64,000 nt of DNA from Octopus vulgaris. Its lineage: Eukaryota. The notes under the pieces are model-generated. The model did no database searches. It was not told where the DNA came from and saw only the letters and a list, made by a program, of their open reading frames with translations. The DNA is taken from contig OX597822.1 of NCBI GenBank assembly GCA_951406725.2, forward strand, positions 7,998,001 through 8,062,000, given 5' to 3'. Both the position numbers and the translations under genes were made by a program. Positions 27,451 to 40,479 of this stretch are shown here, piece after piece. Position 1 is the stretch's first letter. The number at the start of each line of letters is the position of its first letter.

Positions 27451-28725
27451 GAGTCAGTGATATGATAGGAATGATGAAGGGCGCCTGTGAGGATGGTGCT
27501 GCTGCACGTTTTAATCAACTATCAACTATTTTACATAACTTATTGTTTCATTGCCAATCCAGAAATAGAATGCGCGTCATGTATCCTTTTCAGTGACTCC
27601 GGGAATTGTTGATATTTAGTATTTAATATTTTACTTATACAGAATATGTGGCCGTAATGCTTGAAAAAGTGTGTTATCCTTTAAAAGTACATCTGAGCGA
27701 TATGGTGATACAACAGCGGCTGTCAGATTATACCTTAGAAAATGAATAACCTTATCGAAATAATTGAAATGTTTCTTTCTGCCGGTGGATGTCTCAAGAA
27801 TATAGAAAAAAAAACACTTGTCAATTATTTTTATAATATGGAATTGAATCCAAAGCAATAATTTTGTTGCATGAATTTATTAATACACAATCATACCTGC
27901 ACCACACTTTTAATCGGGTAGGTGTGCAATACATTATCGAATCTATAATGAAAAACAGGAAGGTCGAATCGTGATTTTGAACTCATAATGTAAAATAACC
28001 CTAACAGTCTATTGCTGCAATTCGGAAGACGGTCCGTACAATTTTATAGTGAAACAACTGCTGGAACTCTTTCAGTGGAAGCAGATAAAAGTTTTAAGTT
28101 AGGAAATAACATTTCTCTCAAAACAACGAAAAGAAAGACATCTTAGATATACTGTATTTATAGCCATGGCATTGCTGTCTATTATAAATGCGTAAATCAT
28201 CACTCATGTAGTAAGATCTTCGGAGTCAATTTCGAAATTCCCCTTTAAATTAAAGGGAAGAAGAAGATATACCTTTACAAATAATAGACATATGTGGATT
28301 AGAAGGAAGGAAACGGGAAGGAAATGGATATTCCTATACAATTCCACTTAGTTATTTCAAGAGCGAATGAAGGACAATATCTAACGAACTCTTATCATAT
28401 TTCAACTACACATCGGAAGGAAGCTATTAACTGATGAAAAATTAACAGTTTCACAAAGCTGTCTATAAGCCTTTCATATAAACGCAAGAAAACTTGGAAA
28501 TAGAGAAATGTGTTTGGGGGCATTTCTTTGATGTAAATACACAACGAACTAACAACATAACGTTGCATATATGATGTTCAGCAAAGTTCTATCTTTCATT
28601 TATATCGTTCTGAAGGAATATAGAGGATTTCGGTTACTAAGATTAAATCTATACTTTTAAGGGAAGCGCTCTATAAATTGGATTGTGAGTTATAAAATTA
28701 TTAAAATGGATTTGTAAGAAGTAAT

Positions 28726-29114
28726 GGGAATGGAAGCACTCCGTCGGTTACGACGGTGAGGGTTCCGGTTGACCTGAATCAACGGAACAGCCTGCTCGTG
28801 AAATTAACGTGTAAGTGGCTGAGCACTCCACAGACACTTGTACCCTTAACGTAGTTCTCGGGGATATTCAGCGTGACACAGAGAGTGACAAGGACGGCCC
28901 TTTGAAATACAGGTACAACAGAAACAGGAAGTAAGAGTGAGAGAAAGTTGTGGTGAAATAGTACAGCAGGGATCACCACCATCCCTGCCGGAGCCTCGTG
29001 GAGATTTAGGTGTTTTCGCTCAATAAACACTCACAACGCCCGGTCTGGGAATCGAAACCGCGATCCTATGACCGCGAGTCCGCTGCCCTAACCACCGGGC
29101 CATTGCGCCTCCAC
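28726..29114 (-). mobile_element. SINE family B, tail type 2, full length
   Basis: Head ggaggcgcaatggcccggtggttagg. TSD aagaagtaat at 28716-28725 and 29115-29124. Confidence 0.9.
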
Positions 29115-30376
29115 AAGAAGTAATAAAGACAGTAAAGAAGACTTATTTCAGTAGAAAGTTAGGAGAATAGTATCTGGTATCGCATTGAGACCACAAAACT
29201 TTGTAAGAGATATAATCAAAACTATTGACCTATTGCTTGGTTACTATGCATTTCGTCGAACCAGACGCTTTATAGTAAAAATTTAGATTAGATGGATTTG
29301 AAAGCCGAAACAAAGTGGACGTACCGAACGCAGTATTGTACGCAACATTCTAGATATTATTAGAAAATATATATGCATGTTATATATACTAAAATAGATC
29401 TCGTAATAGGGATTTCCAGTCTAACTGTGAGTTAGACCAGTTTTTAGTAATATAGTTTTGAAAAAAATAGTTATTTAAAAATAAATTAAGAGTTTTATTA
29501 AATATTCACACAATGCCTTCCATATTGATTGGCTAAAGGAAAGCATTAATGTGTTCATTAATTATCATGTAATTATGCAGCTATTTGTTAGTAATAGATA
29601 ATGTATTTATGTGTGCTTCTCTTTGGATGGATCTACATTCAAATGTGTGTCAATCTCTTTTATCCTAGCTTTTCAATCGTGGCCTACGTAAATTCGTATT
29701 ATATCATCGACTTTAAATGAGTATAATACCTAATTGGAAAGACAATAAATGAGCACTTGAATATCACAAACACATTATATGTGCATAAATGAATATACAT
29801 ATAAATATATAAGACATAAATGAATATACATATGAATATATGGAGACATACATACACGCACACACTAAAAGATTAGCGATGAATAGACATCCTTTATAGG
29901 CATTTAGTATCGGCGGAAAGTCGTTAAGCCATCAGAAGAAATTTTAAATTCTAAAATGTGAACGAACATTTAGCTATGCGCATCAATTTTGAAAATATCT
30001 AATTGAAAGATTGATTGATGTTGAAGAAGACATAGAATTGATACCTTAAGATAAGACAGCACTTTGAAAGAGATCGCACTTTCCTCTTTTCATCGTTTAG
30101 CTCGTATCAAATGTCGGAACATTTCGCATGCTTTGAATTTCAATATATACAATAGTTCAGGCATTTCAATGTATGTATAAGAGAATTTTACAAGTTTTCA
30201 ATACATCAACAAAGCGAAGAGAGCCACCGAAATACTATTCCCTGTGCCATATTACAACACCTTATTTAAGCTCTATTAAAGACGACAGATAAACTTATCA
30301 TTTTGCAATATCGCGAACACTATTACTGCAGGCATTACTTGCTGCGGCTTACTAATAAGTTCACCTGCTTCAACAT

Positions 30377-30412
<36 letters not shown>

Positions 30413-30554
30413 TCCAGTTACAGATAGATATGGGTTTATGGAGTATTTGAGATTTAGGAAACCATTTTTATTGATTCACATATACGCCCTGCAGAATGCT
30501 AATTTCACTTTTAGTGTATACTCACTTATTCATCGTGTCCCAGCACGAGACAGA

Positions 30555-30569
30555 TTATACATATACATG

Positions 30570-30619
<50 letters not shown>

Positions 30620-30657
30620 TATAAATATATATATATATACATATATATATTTATATA

Positions 30658-30703
<46 letters not shown>

Positions 30704-30817
30704 CATACATACATGCATACATACATACATACATATACATACATACATACATACATACATACACACATACATACATACATACATATACATACTTACACAC
30801 GTGCATACATACATACA
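30555..30817. repeat. (TA)n/(TACA)n microsatellite
   Basis: Seen directly. Confidence 0.95.
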
Positions 30818-31378
30818 TTGACCTCACCAGTCGATCTGTACTTCAGTGTGATTTTTAACTTAGCGCAGTGACCAGGGACAGGTATCGCCCTCTATCTAGT
30901 TATCTATTTATCTATTTTGCTGTATTTCTCTAGTGACGTCATATCTTTGCAGTTTCGAAATATGGATCGTGTTTCCAATCATACAGAGGCACGTTAAAGT
31001 GTATCTTGGTGTCATCCGCATGAAGCTAGTGGCTATCTCTAGCCACTACGTTTTGGTTACATATTTATATACTCGTACAATATCCTGCTGGTTTCAAGGA
31101 AACGAGGACCAGGCGGAAGAAGAACAAATATGAGTATCCTACTAGTATTCCTGATGCAGTAGAGATGTTTAGATTATAGAAGGCATTTCTTAGCATGAAT
31201 CTTACAAATCATTGGTCATTACTTTTATGCCACATTTGACTTTTTCTGTAAAAGATCGTAGTTGTTTTTGCTATAGAATATATGAGATATGTTGTTGTAT
31301 TTAGGAATGATCATTTTGCCAGTTCAGCCAATAAAAGCACACGCACTATATATTTGGTGTTACTTTGCTTCAGTGTTA

Positions 31379-31450
<72 letters not shown>

Positions 31451-31540
31451 AGTCAACATTCGTCTTAAAAATTAAAAGATCTGCAAATTTTCTTAGGTAC
31501 TGACAATTTGAATCCCTTTATAAGGTCATATATAATTATA

Positions 31541-31899
31541 TTCTTACTCTTTAATTCTTTTCTTAGTTTCAGATATTTGATTGCGGCCTTGCTGGAGCAC
31601 CGTCTTAATCTCTGTAAGCCTAGCACTTATTCTATCGGTCTGTTTTGCCGAACTATTAAGTTACGGGACGTAAACACCCCAAGATCAGTTGTCAAGTGAT
31701 GGTGGGGTGACAAACACACACACACACACACACACATACACACATATATATATAAGTATATATACGACGGGCTTCTTTTCAGTTTCCGTGTATCAAATCC
31801 ACTCACACGGCTTCGGCCAAGGTGCTACGCAGTGGAACTGAACCCGGAACCATGTTGTTGGGAAGCAAGCTTCTTACCACAGAGCCACGCTTGCGCCTA
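31541..31899 (-). mobile_element. SINE family C
   Basis: Homologous to 44541-44967, with internal deletions. Confidence 0.85.
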
Positions 31900-32694
31900 A
31901 TGGTATATTTTAGCTATAACTTTTCTCGCACAATTTATTAGAGAATACATTTCTTACACCGATCTCCTCTTATAACTCACCGTCTGTTTACTGTTTACTC
32001 CACACGCTGTGGAATGCATTATTTTGGCTTAAGGCCGTTGTATCTATTTCAATTATTTGCTATATAATTATTCGTAATGCTCACTTACGTACTACAATTT
32101 GAGCACTATATATTCTTTTTGTGTTGCACATTTTACCGTTTAACATTGCATCGATGTGTTATCTTCAATTTCTCTAAGGCAAATGTATTAAAATTGTGTT
32201 TAATTTCCTCTGATCTTGTTTCTTGATTATTAGATCATTCTTTTCTTTTTGTTCTCTTAGAGTGTCTTGTCTATTATTTTTGTAGATCAGTGTTTTTCTA
32301 TTTATATTTCAATTTCTAGTTAAATTTCTGTCTTTTCTTATGTCTGCTGATACGTTTTATCCGTTTCTGCTATTGATTTTGGGGAGGATAACGCGATAGC
32401 TTTATCGACAGATGTGGTACGCCGATTCCGTGATATTACTTGCGGTGTTTGGTTTTGCATTGAAAAAAATGCTTTTTATAGCTTGTACATATTTAGCTCT
32501 ACTCTTTCTTTTCGTCTAACGCTTTTGTATTTGTCATTGTTCTGAGACATAGCGTTGCATAAGGTGTTTATGGTGTATGGCGATATCTGCTGAAATTGCA
32601 TTCCTGAAACATTTCCATTGTCTTCGTATATTTTTATTGTAAAGTTTTGGCAATCAAGTTGAAACTAGTCCCTGGCACAATGCTAAGGAGAGTA

Positions 32695-32731
<37 letters not shown>

Positions 32732-32762
32732 CATACTAATATATATATATATATATATATAT

Positions 32763-32833
<71 letters not shown>

Positions 32834-34071
32834 TAATACTGTCATCCTTAATACTCTAAGAATCTTAAAAGACCTCCGAATCCGTTCTCCCAGTTTTGTC
32901 TATAGCTTAGTTATATAGGATTATAGTCGAGAGTAGAGACTTATTTAGGAGGCAATCTGTGACACATTTGGGCAGAGGGCAGATCTACATTCGTGGCGTT
33001 CGAATGATCTCATGTCCTGTTGACAATGTTTGAGTGCTTTTGATTGCGTCTTGTTCAAGGCCTCAGTTTCCACAACGGGATTTCTCTCTGGCCTTGGTTT
33101 GTCTTCGAACTTTCTGGTACCTTATTTGAAATGCCTTCGCCAGTTCTATGCCACACGCTTGGTGACAGTTACTGAGCTTTCTACAACATTAATTTCTTTT
33201 CCAGTGCACTTGCACTTGGTCGCTTTTCCCACAAGTAGCATAAAATGGTTGTGAGTGCAATTTTTTCACAAATCATTATCAAAGTTGTAAAATGAAGAAT
33301 AAACCATTCCTGTTTATATGTTACAGAGGAAAATGAAGAATTAACAGTTCAGTAACAATTGTATCAAATTGACGATATATCATAGCGATACGATTTGCCA
33401 AACATCGTTAAAGAGAATCCGAAACAATGCTTTGACTGAAACTGGTATATGCCTGAAGTTTTGTATAACAGTGACGGGCGAGCAGATTAAGAGCTCTGGG
33501 TGTGTTATATGTTGGTGTCATTACTCTTACAAAGCATTGATTCGGTTGCATATGCGTAATATTAAATTGTTTAGAGGCGCCTGCTTATTGTTTGTCTGCT
33601 ACCGGTTGTGTTAGTTTATTGCTATAGATTACACGTAGTATATCTTTAATTTGTATCGTCATTATGTCATCTATGACTATCTTTTGGGGTATCTTTTCGG
33701 CTTTTTGTATGTGTTTTTAATCATGCCTAGTTTTCCATATACTGTTTTCCTAACCTTAGTTTCATGCACTATACCCCGTTTATTAAAGATCTACTTCCCT
33801 TGCAATTTGATTTTAACTTCATATCCGGCGATGTTTTCTGTAGTAACGAGGGATATGTGTATCATAGCATTAGGATTTTCGTTCCAGTAGATCATCGAAC
33901 GGGATTATTTAGATCTACAATAATCCCTCGCCCTATGGTTCACCTATCGCGTTTCATCTATCGTGGTTTATTATTTAATCTTACGTCGATTCCTCTGTGG
34001 TCTTGCTTTGTATTTTTAATAAAGTAAATATATACAAATTATAAAAATAATAAAAAAAGAAATCTACACTA

Positions 34072-34153
34072 CAGTAATGTTTCTACTTCGCGGAATTTCA
34101 CCTATCACGGAGTGTTCTGGAATGTAACACCCGAGATAGTCGACGGATTACTG
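34072..34153. mobile_element. Small pogo/Tigger-like MITE remnant
   Basis: Ends ta-cagtaat and attactg-ta; related sequence at about 33925-33965. Confidence 0.4.
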
Positions 34154-35171
34154 TACTTGTCCGACTGCCAAATCATATCAAGATATTGAAGAGGCGGTAC
34201 CACCGAGTAGTTCACGTGCATATTTCTTTCTCTTCGTTATCTGTCTCAAAGTTACAATGTCAGCATATTGCCCTGTAGATTTCAATGCCAAGTCTTTAGT
34301 ATCAGTTTCTGTTTAATCTTTGTTCGTTTTGTCATTTCAATTTAGATTCAATATAAGCTGTCCAGACAGTTCTAATAATTTCTTTTACATTTTTAGTTCC
34401 AATGTTTCGATTGATTTTGACACACTTAACTGATTAGATATGAAAGAGTGCTTACGTTTCTTATTTTATATCATGTAACACGGTGATATTGATGATTGTT
34501 TCGAAACGCAACAATAAATTTACAAGAAATTCAAGCTTGAGATATCAGCTTGTATTTCTTGTAGATTATTTATTATTTCATCACTGTGAGACATTTCAGT
34601 GTATATATATTTTTCACTTTAAATCGATTTAATTGCTTTTTTCTTCACTCAGTGTATACGTGTTTGATTTTCGGATTTCTTTCTTCATAAACAATTCTAT
34701 TTAATGTGTGTCAACTATACACGTACATAATGCTTATTTTGCACTATCATGCGCGAGTATCAGTTCCTTCTTGGGTTCTACCATAGGATAAAACTTATTA
34801 TCAATGCGTACCATACACAAGAATATAATATGATATTCCGTTACGCCATATCTGTTTTCTTACAGGAGCACATCCATATCTGGGGCCGTATTTTGATCCG
34901 CTCTAGATTACTTGGGGTAGTTTTGTTAGTGGAGAAAGTGTTTTATATACTAAATTTTTCTTCTGTATTTTCACTCAAAAGATGCAGCAAACAGAATTCT
35001 ATGAATAACGTGTTTTTCTTCTTTTATCTATATCATTTATCTTATACCATTACCGGATAAATTAATGTCTCCAACGTTCAGAGTAAATTTTCTCCGATAA
35101 TTTGTTTACATGTTAACACATTCGTGATCAATAAGAAAAACTGATAAGTACTTATTCTTATCCAAATATAT

Positions 35172-35312
<141 letters not shown>

Positions 35313-35764
35313 AGTTTTATGAACTAACCTTAAACTTTCAATATAGTCGCAATTATTCGTTCTCAACTGAAATTCTAACAGGCTACCCTATGTCTTTCTA
35401 TGTCAGACATTTTTAGAAGATCATTTTACCCTACCTTCACAATCTATGTTTTTGTTTTTGCTTAGATTAGGAAGAGATCTTAAATAAATATATAATTCGA
35501 AATAGTTTCGAAAACAGTTTTTCTTCTTTTGGCAAATATGGGTATTTCTTTACTCCAAATTTCCGTGATGGACATCTTTGAGAAAGTGTGAATCAAATTA
35601 TTCCATTAAATTTCTTCTGTAATTTATCGTATTTTGAAATATCTAGCAACAAAAAATTTGGACGATAGACTTACCGCAAGAAGACGGTATGTGCCATAGG
35701 TTCAATCATGGCATTATATTTTGATAAAGTATCCTATAATGCGTAGCGATTTTCTTCACTACTT

Positions 35765-36090
35765 CAGGGAGTGACGACCCTGCCTGACACGACCCCGGGC
35801 TCAGCTGGCTCCGGCTGACATTACCCGGTGTGGGCCACTATCCGGGGTTACGGAAAGGAGACAACCTTCAAAGAAATCTGGAGTGGAGCCCCGTAGGCGG
35901 TGTAGTGTTCGAGTCGACACTCTTCCGGCAGCTCCTGCAGCCAAGCTGGTGCCAAACGTAATGCTTTGCACAACTTTGGACTACGTCAGCAAGGTCGAAA
36001 GAGGAATCCTGACGATTAGGCTAGCCAGGATTTTCTTACATCTAACCCAGGCCTGCGCAAAAATGGAGAGGAAACGGGAGAGGACATGAA
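35765..36090 (+). mobile_element. GC-rich segment resembling an RTE-clade LINE 5' UTR
   Basis: Motifs ggagtggagcccc and ggcagctcctgcagccaagctggtgccaaacgta recalled from RTE 5' regions; no ORF follows. Confidence 0.4.
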
Positions 36091-36536
36091 ATGTAAAAAC
36101 CAAACTGGATTACTTTATGCGCAACTCCAATGTCTCACGAGACAAAAGAAGCCAACAACAACAGCAACGATCCTGTGGCTCAATTTAGCATAGAATTTAA
36201 ATCATATCATTGTTATAGACCAAAGCCCTAGTTACGGTTCACCGATTGATTTCCTTTTCATTAATGAAGGAATTCGGATAGCCTACTTGAAGTTTAGCGT
36301 TTCACAGAAAACCGCGATTTTCTGCACACTTTAGCCTTTAAAATAGTCGCAAAAAGGCAAGTTCTTTTTATTGTGCAACAACACGTATCATGTGATCTCT
36401 ACCACATATTCTAACAGAAATGCTGTTTTTAAGATAAGGCGGGAGCTGAATTGCGTAGCTGAATGCACCGAATAAAACTTAGGTTATGTTGGACACGCTG
36501 GAAAAATAATTTTAAAAAAAATTACGGGCTGTAGGT

Positions 36537-36805
36537 GATGGAAGCACTCCGTCGGTTACGACGACGAGGGTTCCGGTTGATCCGATCAACGGAACAGCCT
36601 GCTCGTGAAATTAACGTGTAATTGGCTGAGCACTCCACAGACACGTGTACCCTTAACGCAGTTCTCGGGGATATTCAGCGTGACAGAGAGTTACAAGGCC
36701 GGCCCTTTGAAATACAGGTACAACAGAAACAGGAAGTAAGAGTGAGAGAAAGTTGTGGTGAAAGAGTACAGCAGGGGTCACCACTATCCCTGCCGGAGCC
36801 TCATT
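36537..36805 (-). mobile_element. SINE family B, tail type 2, 5'-truncated
   Basis: TSD ggctgtaggt at 36527-36536 and 36806-36815. Confidence 0.9.
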
Positions 36806-37177
36806 GGCTGTAGGTATTACAAGTGGCAACATTATATTAATTCGACGGATGTTGCCAAAGATTTAACGTTCAAGTAGTTTAATTTTCACATATTCAAAAC
36901 ATTTTCTGACTCCAATAAACTTTCAGTCATCGAAAGGGATGTCAGGAAGATAAACGTTTTTCAGGGTGACTAGTGTCACGGCCTTCAAAGAGAAGCAGAA
37001 TGAAAGGAGAGTTTCATCAGATTTATACCATATCTTTTGAGAGCTCTTCTCTTTTTTTTCTTCTTTTCTTTTCCTTTAACATGTTACACGAAAACGAATC
37101 ATGATGATATTTAATTTGTCTATGAAAGGAAGTAGGATCGTCAATGAACGTGTAGAGGTAAGACTTTGCACACGTTG

Positions 37178-37545
37178 TCAAAAAGCAAAAAGCAAGGCCA
37201 TGTAGGGGGACATGGAGTTATGTACAGGGTGGTGTTCATGCAAAGTGTTCAGGCCATTTCTGGTCAAGAGAGACTTTGAAACGAGCGGTCGTCGGTATCT
37301 TCACTATCTCGTCCGGCAGTTTATTCCACGGATCCGCAACCCGGACGGAGAAAGCCTCTCTCCTTCGATTGAGATGAAATCGTCGCAGATAGAGCTTTTC
37401 GGAGTGACTTCGCAGCCGACGCTCTGGAGCAGGAGTGAAGAACAGCTCTTTCGAGAGGTTACACTTTCCGTACCAGGTGCTCACTGCGCCCTGCCAGTCG
37501 GGCAACGGGATCGATGATTTTCTATTCTAGACGTGTTAGTGATGA
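37178..37545 (-). mobile_element. CR1-group LINE 3' end
   Basis: RLRSHSEKL..RRREAFSVRVADPWNKLPDEIV..FKVSLD is the CR1 ORF2 C-terminal signature; short (CTTTTTG)n tail. Confidence 0.8.
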
Positions 37546-38796
37546 GGAAGAGTGACGGCGTAGTCAAGGAGACACTAGGTGTCGATATAAATGAGTTGAT
37601 TAGATTATTTCGGAGATGTTTCCCGCGAGGAAAACCATGTATAATTTCCATAACTCATTGACTTAATAGTGATAACAAGAGGCACTACTGGTTCGATATT
37701 AGCTTTACGTGCATACTAGTGCTGTCAGACAGGGCTGCCGGAGATGCATGAACAGCATTGAAACTGTACTTGAATTTTTCCAAGTTTACTGACTTATAAT
37801 GTTATATCGAACAGTTGTCGCGCGTGGGGCGGATCTGGCTGCCAGTCGAGTTCATATTAATGATTACACCATCGCACTTCATTAACCGGACAGAGAATCG
37901 AATGATGAAGTTTCAAGATGAAGCCTCATCGATGTTTCAAGTTTTAATTGAAATGAAAGGTGATCTTCGAGAGAATGAAAATGAAATTATTAAAAAATTG
38001 GTGAAGATAAGAAAATAGTCAGGGTGGATGGCATCGCTCTAAGGTCTAATTTCTAAATCGGAGTGCAAAAACTAGAGGGAACTGTAACCCTTCGTAATCA
38101 GTGTTTTGGGGGAATTCCTATATTGGTCCAAGAGGTAGTAGTGTAGCACAAGAATTACGAATAGTTTTCAATTAACCATAAATGCTTAAATTTAATTTTC
38201 TTATGTTTATAATTTATTTCATATTTTTACATTTCAATTCATTTTTTATAATCTTTCGTTTCTTTGCTATTCGCTATAAATTACGACAGTTTTAGCATCA
38301 TCACTCTTGTTCTTGCCCTTGTGGCGAAGAAAAAAACAGAACACTCAACAGCGACACCATCATCGTCTTTAATAACATCGTCTTCATGTTCATTATCATT
38401 TACATTACGGTTGTTGTACTTCTGATTGCAGTGATGATTATAGTTCATTACGTAAGATTTAGTAGATACACCGTCAAAAGAAAATATAAACGCCGATAAG
38501 TACATACTTCGTGCACAATCATTATACAACGAAGTGAAATAAATAGATTACGTTATCAGTAGAGGCGCATTATACATCAGGCTTTTACAGTAAAAATCAT
38601 ATTAATTCTCACACACATTTACTTGTGTAGCAATATCCATTTCATCGTGCAATGTTTTCAATAAGGAATCTATATATACGTTTGTATCAACTGCTCAACA
38701 ACTTAAAACCTTCCGACTTGTTATCACTTAATATTTAATATTTATGATGGTGTGTTAAATGGTTTCGAAAGTAAATACTTTGGAAGGTGCAACAAC

Positions 38797-39165
38797 GGAG
38801 GCGCAATGACCCAATGGTTAGGGCAGCGGACTCGCGGTCGGAGGATCACGGTTTCGATTCCCAGACTGGGCGTTGTGTGCGTTTATTGAGCGAAAACACC
38901 TAAAGCTCCACAAGGCTCCGACAGGGGGTGGTGGCGACCCCTGTTGTACTCTTTCACTCCAACTTTCTCTCACTCTTTCTTCCTGTTTCTTGTCCCCGAC
39001 TTCCTACGCAACCGCTGAGCCTGGGTGCACATTCATCCATCCGTTGATGCTCTCGGTGTCGGGGGTTCACCTACTTTCTCTTCTGCGGGTCTTACGAATA
39101 AGAAAGGACCACGTTTCGGACTTCTCCCACTAGGACGAAGACCGCTACGCTCAACAGCAACAGCA
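38797..39165 (+). mobile_element. SINE family B, tail type 3
   Basis: Full head and an unrelated 3' module. TSD gtgcaacaac at 38787-38796 and 39166-39175. Confidence 0.9.
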
Positions 39166-39356
39166 GTGCAACAACAATAAGACATGTAACAGCTATTAAT
39201 GTTCATGAATACTTCTGTAGTTTACTACGTGTATGCCTATTAATGGTAAATAGATTTATCCATCAAAGTATTTACGTATGAAGAAATTCTGTCCTATTCC
39301 GCTCTAAAATTATTTGACCAAAAATAAAGATTTATATTGCTGAATATGTCTAAGAT

Positions 39357-39516
39357 TACATTATTTACATTATTTACAATTTACGGATATTTGTCCTTAT
39401 TATTGTTTGTTGTTAACACAACGTTTTGGCTGATATACTCTCCAGCCTTCATCAGGTGTCTTGCACAAATTTCGAACCTGGGTTCTCAATCCTAAGGCAT
39501 TTTTCGATTTTGTTTA

Positions 39517-39552
<36 letters not shown>

Positions 39553-39628
39553 TCCCTGCCCGGAATCGAACTTGGAATCTTGGGGTTAGTATCCCGCGCT
39601 CTTAACCACTACGCCGTGTGCCCACGGG
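39357..39628 (-). mobile_element. tRNA-headed SINE with an (AAT)n linker and a hammerhead-containing 3' module
   Basis: tRNA-like head at 39623-39550 (A box cggcgtagtgg, B box gttcgattcc, loop atACTaa). HHR at 39460-39415. Tail is (TGTAAATAA)n. Confidence 0.85.
39415..39460 (-). ncRNA. Minimal hammerhead inside the SINE (G12A in this copy)
   Basis: gacac-CTGATGA-a-ggctg-gagagtatat-cagcc-AAAA-cg-TT-gtgtt. The GAAA to AAAA change falls at a CpG. Confidence 0.8.
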
Positions 39629-39846
39629 AACGAAATTGTTTTATCCAATGCTAAAGATGTCCTCCTTTTAGAGTTTTCATAGCGCTATACTATCCGATGC
39701 CATTTCTGTTTATTTGGAGACCAAATGAACAAGTGAACGCTTATAGGTTACGTCTTTAAGACGGTAGTATTTGGGTGGTAGCTTTAAAAGCTTGTAGAGA
39801 TAATATCTACTTTATAATAACCAACGCCCTTACCTACATGTTCCAC

Positions 39847-40168
39847 CGCACTCCATCGCTTATGATAACAAAGGTTCCAAATGATCCAATTCACGGAACG
39901 GACAGCTCGTGAAATTAACGTGCAAGTGGCTGAGCACTCCACAGACACATGTACCTTTAATGTAGTTCTCAGTAGGATCAGCGTCGCACAGATTATGACA
40001 AGGCTGGGCATTTGAAATGCAGGTACTACTTAGTTTTGTCAGCTGAGTGAACTGGAGAAATATGAAATAAAATATATTGATCAAGGGCACAAAGCGCCGC
40101 AGGGAATCGAACTCACGACCTTACGATCGTGCTCCGAACTACCTAAATACCAAGCTACGCGCCTTCAC
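39847..40168 (-). mobile_element. SINE family D (gtgaaggcgcgt head) sharing tail type 2
   Basis: B box gagttcgattcc. The 3' module (gctcgtgaaattaacgtg..gagcactccacagacac) is shared with 28726-28915. Confidence 0.8.
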
Positions 40169-40174
40169 TAAACT

Positions 40175-40479
40175 GGCGCTCTGTCGCTAACGACAACAAT
40201 GGTTCCAGTTTATCTGATTAGCGTAACAGCCTGCCTGTAACATCAAGCAATTGGCTTGAACACTCTACAGACACGCGTACTCTTAACATAGATCGCAAGA
40301 AGATTCAGCTTGTCAGAGAATATGACAAGGACGGATCTTTCAATTGAAGTTGCTTCTCTTTTTTTTCTTCTTTTTTTTTTTGCCAGATGAGTGAATTGGA
40401 GGAATGTGAAATAAAGCGTCTTACTCAAGGGCACGCTGGTAATCGAGCCGAATACCCATTGTAAGCCACGCGCCTTCAC
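40175..40479 (-). mobile_element. Older SINE family D copy, in tandem with the previous one
   Basis: Degenerate homology; same gcgccttcac terminus. Confidence 0.7.

Noticed and set aside
29785-29850. 30-bp tandem duplication (also an 18-bp one at about 56552-56585)
   Set aside because: Ordinary slippage with no spacer architecture; not CRISPR-like.
30303-30821. 172-aa ORF, and the similar YI-, poly-V-, poly-S- and poly-L-rich ORFs (for example 58676-59198 and 60387-60711)
   Set aside because: Translations of stop-free microsatellites with no domain content.
32880-33330. Minus-strand TE remnant (mariner-like EDKPR or RTE-like C-terminal zinc motif)
   Set aside because: Too decayed to assign a class or boundaries.
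39550-39623. Functional tRNA gene
   Set aside because: Acceptor and T stems are mispaired, the ACT anticodon is atypical and there is no terminator; better explained as a SINE head.
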